The notes below the pieces were generated by a model, which saw only the letters and a program-made list of their open reading frames with translations, made no database searches and was not told the origin of the DNA. The position numbers were made by a program, and so were the translations under genes. A DNA stretch of 64,000 nt, taken from assembly GCA_016840165.1 (NCBI GenBank), contig JAEOSU010000072.1, positions 192,001-256,000 of the forward strand, written 5' to 3'. This document shows, in pieces, positions 59,328 through 64,000 of the stretch (its first letter is position 1; every line of letters begins with the position of its first letter). The DNA comes from Promethearchaeota archaeon. GTDB taxonomy: Archaea > Asgardarchaeota > Lokiarchaeia > Sigyniarchaeales > SOKP01.

Positions 59328-60776
59328 TTAGTCTAGTTGTATTCGCCTAATATTATCTGAAAGCTTATCATCATCAATTTTTTGAGATTCTTTCCCGCGT
59401 TCTAAATAGTAGAACCTAGAATGTTCTGGTTGGAATTTTTCTTTTAGGATCTTCATAACATTTAATCCTTTTGAATATTCATCACAAACAAAAATATCGA
59501 TGCTGATATAGCCATGTTCTGGCCAAGTATGGATAGCGGCATGACTAGATTTTAAGATCGCTATAGCAGTATAACCATATGGATGAAATGCATATTTAAA
59601 AACATCATGAACTATTATTCCAGTGGAAAATAAAGATTCAAGAAAGATGCGATGGATTTCTTCATTTTTCATTAAAATTTGCTGGTTTTTAAATTGTATC
59701 TCTCCCACAAAATGATGCCCTATCGGTCGAAATGGGATATCAACTCCACGTTTTAATTGACTTGTATAAATTTTTGGGTATTTCAATCGCAATTGACCCT
59801 CATCTTCATGGATCTCACTTAAAGTAAGATAATAAAGATCGCTAAACTGTCCTATGATACTTGCTCCTTCGTAGCGGTTAAAATCAGGAAGCATCTCTTT
59901 GATCACAAAGCCATGATCCAGTATCGACATTTGAATTTTCTGCATTTCTTTTGGTGGTTTGTTGCCAAAACAGAGGATACACTTTTTACCAATCGAAATG
60001 TATTGCTTTTTCTCAATTTGAATTGATGTTCTTAGAACTTGTTTTGCTCGTTTTAAAAACAGACGCAGTCCTTGATTGGTATAAGGAGGGTCCATGATGA
60101 CAACGTCATAATTATTTAAAAAATTAGATGGAAGAGGTTCTCTTAAATCGTGCTTAAGAAAGCCAATATTTTTGATCGAATTAAGCTCTGCAACATCTGA
60201 AAGATAATTTAATATCTTATCATCTACATCAATAACAGTAATTAGATCAGCAAGATTGGTTAATCCTACTAAAATAGAAGTTGCATCATCATCGCCAAGA
60301 AAAATTAGTTTTCTTCCTTCGATATCCCCTTTTTTCGCAAGATAGAGAGTTCTTTCAACGACAGTGGGAATAGTTGCATGAGCTTGATCATAGGAATAAT
60401 TTGGTTCCGGTCTACTTTCAAGATAGTTAGTACTATCTTTTAAAAATTCGAAGAGTTTGGGAAGGTTCTCAAATGGAAAATCAAAATCTTTCGGGAGAGG
60501 ATCAAAATCAAATTGGAGATGCAAATTTTCTTTTACCCATTCTTGTCCCTTCAGTCCGAGCCTATTCCTTTTTTCAATAACTCCTGCTTTTACTAATTCT
60601 GACCTGACTGCTGCTAATGCGGGAATTGCGATTCCTGTTTTTTGAGCCAATTTCTTGTTTTTAAGCGTAGGAAAACGATACATATAGAGAAGGATGGAAC
60701 GAATCCCCTCCAAACCTTCTGCTAGGTCAGCTTTTTCGGCAATAAGGGTTAGAATAACTTCTGCATTTTCATTCAT
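59328..60776 (-). CDS. Fusion: HTH + BpsA-type (DUF43) aminopropyltransferase + S-adenosylmethionine decarboxylase proenzyme
   Basis: YDQ, GDIEGR.LIFLGDDD, DLREPLP and DPPY BpsA motifs; C-terminal F.PYGYT..AIL.SSH..IHTWPEHGY.SIDIFVC AdoMetDC domain. Confidence 0.88.
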   Translation of the reverse strand: MNENAEVILTLIAEKADLAEGLEGIRSILLYMYRFPTLKNKKLAQKTGIAIPALAAVRSELVKAGVIEKRNRLGLKGQEWVKENLHLQFDFDPLPKDFDFPFENLPKLFEFLKDSTNYLESRPEPNYSYDQAHATIPTVVERTLYLAKKGDIEGRKLIFLGDDDATSILVGLTNLADLITVIDVDDKILNYLSDVAELNSIKNIGFLKHDLREPLPSNFLNNYDVVIMDPPYTNQGLRLFLKRAKQVLRTSIQIEKKQYISIGKKCILCFGNKPPKEMQKIQMSILDHGFVIKEMLPDFNRYEGASIIGQFSDLYYLTLSEIHEDEGQLRLKYPKIYTSQLKRGVDIPFRPIGHHFVGEIQFKNQQILMKNEEIHRIFLESLFSTGIIVHDVFKYAFHPYGYTAIAILKSSHAAIHTWPEHGYISIDIFVCDEYSKGLNVMKILKEKFQPEHSRFYYLERGKESQKIDDDKLSDNIRRIQLD

Positions 60777-60865
60777 TAATAATATAAAATCTTGCTTTGC
60801 TTTTGTTTTTTAACCATCTAAATCTAACATGGATTAAGAAGAATATAAAGGAAATAAATTCAATT

Positions 60866-61753
60866 CTAATTGTTTTTTCTTTTTTTCTTCTTACTGATAA
60901 TATCGTAAAATTCGAGATTTATTTGATCTTCACTTGTAAAGAATTGTTTAGTAAAGAGATAATTGGTGACAATGCTTGTAAAAAATGCTGCTGTCAATAA
61001 CATCATAAATACTATAATTTGATTTACTGCGGCCTCTATAGGAGAAGCTCCACCGATAATCATACCAGACATTAATCCTGGAATAGTAACTATTCCTAAA
61101 ACAGCTACTCGATTGATAGTAGGGACAAGACTAGCTCGAAAGGAATCACGTAATAAACCTCTAATTGATCTAATTGGAGTTGCCCCTAGTGCTAAGGCGG
61201 CTTCAATTTCTCCCTTAGATTTTAATAAATCTGACTTTAAACGCTCGAGGGCTACACCAGATTCTCTCATTGCAAAAAATATCACCATACTTCCCACTGG
61301 TATAACAAAACTTCCAAGAGATGAACCTGCAGTTTCGGTAGGGTGATAGATAATACCATCAAAATTTGGAATCGCAGTGGAAAAAATAGCAAACGTCATG
61401 ATAATCATGACACTCATTGTAATAGCTATAAAGTTAAATGCAAATATCTTAGGATAAGGATAAGAACGCCAATTAGTAAATGCCGCAAAGAAGCACATGA
61501 ACAAAAGTATAATATATAATAGCCAGATCTCATTTATTCCAAAGATCAGAAGTAGAATTGAACCGAGAAGCACAATTTGAACCAAACCACGTAAAAAACT
61601 CCAGAATATCTTTTTTTCCAAATAAGTTTTTTGCCAGAGAGAGAAAAGTATCAAAACTACTAGTAAAATACTTGCAAGGGCAAGTCGAATCCAAATGTTA
61701 GGATTTGACAGGGTTAGGACGATTTCACTAAATATATCTATGATATCTGTCAT
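60866..61753 (-). CDS. fetB: FetB/YbbM (UPF0014) ABC permease
   Basis: R.LVQ, IEAALALGATP, GIVTIPGLMSGMIIGGASP..A. Confidence 0.85.
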   Translation of the reverse strand: MTDIIDIFSEIVLTLSNPNIWIRLALASILLVVLILFSLWQKTYLEKKIFWSFLRGLVQIVLLGSILLLIFGINEIWLLYIILLFMCFFAAFTNWRSYPYPKIFAFNFIAITMSVMIIMTFAIFSTAIPNFDGIIYHPTETAGSSLGSFVIPVGSMVIFFAMRESGVALERLKSDLLKSKGEIEAALALGATPIRSIRGLLRDSFRASLVPTINRVAVLGIVTIPGLMSGMIIGGASPIEAAVNQIIVFMMLLTAAFFTSIVTNYLFTKQFFTSEDQINLEFYDIISKKKKRKNN

Positions 61754-62505
61754 TTTTTTTCCTCCGTTATTTTTTCTTTGAAAAAGGAATGAATTTCATT
61801 TATATCATATTTAGAGAAAAAATTATCCGTACTAATCTTTTCAATCAACTTCCCTTCACGTAAAAATAAGATTGATTCTGTTAATCGCTCAGTCTGTTCT
61901 AAAGAATGTGTGACAATAATAATTTTAATTCCTTCTTGATTCAATTGCTTGAGTGTCGTCTCAATAATCTCTTCTGAATTGATATCAAGAGAACTTGTTG
62001 GTTCATCAAGAAGAAGCACGTATGGCCTGTTTGCTAAACTTCGTGCTAAACTTACTCTCTGTTGTTCGCCTCCTGACAACCCTTCCACCTGTCTATTGAG
62101 AAATTCCTTCCCTAACGCGACTTTTTGGAGTAATTGAATTAAATCGTTATCTGAATATTCGATAGCCCATATTTTTGGTCCATAGAGTATATTTTCTTTT
62201 ATCGTCCCATTAAATAAGAATGGACGTTGCTGGACTAACCCAATTTCTTTTCGAATGATTTGGGGGGGTATATCTTTGGTATCTTGAGTTTTATAAAAGA
62301 TTTTGCCTTCTGAGGGAGATATTAATTTGTTTAATAATCGCAGAAAGGTGCTTTTTCCCGCACCAGAAGGTCCAATAATACCAGTAATACCACTTGAGTT
62401 AATATCAGCTGTAATGTCATTTAAAATCTTGTTCTCTCCAACTTGAAAAGCAATATTAACTAATTTAAACAATTCATTATTCTTTTCTATATTAGGAGTA
62501 GTCAT
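61750..62505 (-). CDS. fetA: ABC ATP-binding protein (FetA/YbbL-like)
   Basis: GPSGAGKS, LSGGEQQR, LLLDEPT; 4-nt overlap with the permease gene. Confidence 0.85.
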   Translation of the reverse strand: MTTPNIEKNNELFKLVNIAFQVGENKILNDITADINSSGITGIIGPSGAGKSTFLRLLNKLISPSEGKIFYKTQDTKDIPPQIIRKEIGLVQQRPFLFNGTIKENILYGPKIWAIEYSDNDLIQLLQKVALGKEFLNRQVEGLSGGEQQRVSLARSLANRPYVLLLDEPTSSLDINSEEIIETTLKQLNQEGIKIIIVTHSLEQTERLTESILFLREGKLIEKISTDNFFSKYDINEIHSFFKEKITEEKK

Positions 62506-62694
62506 AATTATAACTGTAGAAGAAGAAATAGTAAAAAAAAGTTCTCTACATAGTTTATAATTTTTTTGCGATTATGATATAAAAGGATCATAGAGCAAAG
62601 TTGTTAGTCCCATATATCCGTATTTATTTTATAAAACTAACTTTTAAATATAATTTCCCTAATATTGAGATAAATTATTCAAGATAGAGTTAAT

Positions 62695-63822
62695 ATGGGT
62701 TTACACACAAAATATGCTCCAGCGGAACGAGCGAATCCTGAAAAACTAAAGAAGCAATCAAAATATTTTGAAAATAATAATCTCCTCGATAATTTTTTAA
62801 GAAATATTCCTGCCATATTTATCATTATCAATGAACAGAGACAGATTGTATACCTAAATAATGGAGCGTTAGAATTTTCAGGTTTAAGTGAAGCAGCTCC
62901 AGCAATTGGAAAAAGACCGGGAGAATTGATAGGATGTATTCATTCAGATGAAGAGGAAGGGGGATGTGGTACCTCAGAATCTTGCACTTATTGTGGTGCT
63001 GTTAATGCTGTATTAGAAAGTCAAAGGACTAGTGAGAAAGCAGTAATGGATTGCAGATTAATTGTTGGTCCAGAAGAAAATGCTTATGATTTGCGAGTAT
63101 GGGCGACACCATTAGCCTTTAAAAATGAAAAATTTACAATGGTTACTATCCAGGATATTCGGAATGAAAAATGGCGAGGATTCTTAGAACGCATATTTTT
63201 CCATGATCTATTAAATATCATGACAGCTCTTCTCGGAAATATAGAACTTTACAAACTAGAAAATCAAAATTCTAAGAATAATGATCACATTCACCATATT
63301 GATACTATAGCAGGATATTTGTTGCAAGAAATAGAAAGTCAAAGGTTAATAATGAATGCTGAAAATGATTTATTAAAAATTAATCCAGAATTAGTTAATT
63401 CTAAAGATATTTTGAGTGAACTTATTGAATTATATCGCAATAATCAATTAATTAATGGAAAGAGGATTAAAGTCTCTCCGAATTCAGAGTTTATTGATAT
63501 GTTAACGGATAAAATTATTCTCAGGAGGATATTAGGAAACATTTTGAAGAATGCTCTTGAAGCAACTCCTGAAGGAGGTTTAGTGACAATTGGGTGTTTG
63601 AAGAAAAATTCAATGATGAACTTCTGGGTACATAACTCAGGATTTATCCCAAGAGACGTACAAATACAGATTTTTACGCGATCTTTCTCAACAAAGGGAA
63701 ATGGAAGGGGTTTAGGATGTTATTCAATGAAATTATTAAGTCGTTTTCTCGATGGAGAGGTCTCTTTTTCTACTTCTAAAGAGAAAGGAACTATATTTAA
63801 GATAGATCTTCCGTTAAAATAA
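62695..63822 (+). CDS. Cytoplasmic PAS-domain sensor histidine kinase
   Basis: PAS-like N-terminus with a Cys cluster (GCIH..GCGTSESCTYCG); H-box FFHDLLN; N-box NILKNALEA; FSTK.GRGLG. Confidence 0.9.
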   Translation: MGLHTKYAPAERANPEKLKKQSKYFENNNLLDNFLRNIPAIFIIINEQRQIVYLNNGALEFSGLSEAAPAIGKRPGELIGCIHSDEEEGGCGTSESCTYCGAVNAVLESQRTSEKAVMDCRLIVGPEENAYDLRVWATPLAFKNEKFTMVTIQDIRNEKWRGFLERIFFHDLLNIMTALLGNIELYKLENQNSKNNDHIHHIDTIAGYLLQEIESQRLIMNAENDLLKINPELVNSKDILSELIELYRNNQLINGKRIKVSPNSEFIDMLTDKIILRRILGNILKNALEATPEGGLVTIGCLKKNSMMNFWVHNSGFIPRDVQIQIFTRSFSTKGNGRGLGCYSMKLLSRFLDGEVSFSTSKEKGTIFKIDLPLK

Positions 63823-63857
63823 GAATATTTCACAAATTTTGTTTTAGAGGAAAACCA

Positions 63858-64000
63858 TTATTTTATATTTTTAACTCCCATAATTGCATTATGTAAAAAT
63901 CCAAGCCCTCGAGGAGTTGCTTTCCATCCACTTTTTGTATTGATGATGTAAAATAGTTGTTCTAGCATAGATAAATGATATTTAATTTGCTCCTCTTCTT
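63858..64000 (-). CDS. 3' end of a winged-helix (ArsR-like) protein, truncated by the window edge
   Basis: Open frame ...EEEQIKYHLSMLEQLFYIINTKSGWKATPRGLGFLHNAIMGVKNIK*. Confidence 0.65.
   Translation of the reverse strand, partial: EEEQIKYHLSMLEQLFYIINTKSGWKATPRGLGFLHNAIMGVKNIK

Noticed and set aside
1310-62137. Many 60-160 aa antisense or alternate-frame ORFs in the track (e.g. 43182-43673, 33637-34080, 4261-4569)
   Set aside because: They lie inside well-supported genes and are shadow ORFs
1-64000. CRISPR arrays, rRNA, tRNA, transposases or proviral genes
   Set aside because: No repeat-spacer periodicity, rRNA/tRNA signatures, or integrase, transposase or capsid motifs seen

Overview
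AT-rich, gene-dense archaeal chromosome segment, most likely from an Asgard archaeon (Lokiarchaeia-like). This is inferred from TFB, a proteasome alpha subunit, archaeal RFC, a Rab-like small GTPase, tandem acyl-CoA ligases and TTTAAATA-type TATA boxes. Main blocks, in order: (1) a PolB2 / small helical protein / inactive RadA-like DNA-damage cassette, followed by a ~265-nt highly structured non-coding element that has its own TATA box; (2) two paralogous fadD genes, a sirtuin, the Rab-like GTPase and psmA; (3) a UPF0182 protein, a 1362-aa helical-repeat/charged-helix protein and a CdrS-like RHH regulator; (4) a GNAT-rfcS1-rfcS2-rfcL operon; (5) a five-gene flavin/Fe-S/SCP2/CrtC-like operon divergent from fixC-fixX; (6) a grpE-dnaK-dnaJ-clpB-tfb operon; (7) pyk, AOR, an RNase J-like MBL hydrolase, a BpsA-SpeD fusion, a FetAB-like ABC pair and a histidine kinase. 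I found no rRNA, tRNA, CRISPR array or transposase. Best novelty candidates: the structured RNA behind polB2, a riboswitch-like leader at ~55.75-55.86 kb, the chaperone-coupled TFB, the three-subunit RFC, the BpsA-AdoMetDC fusion and the lipid/aromatic redox module. All calls come from reading motifs by eye; no searches were run.
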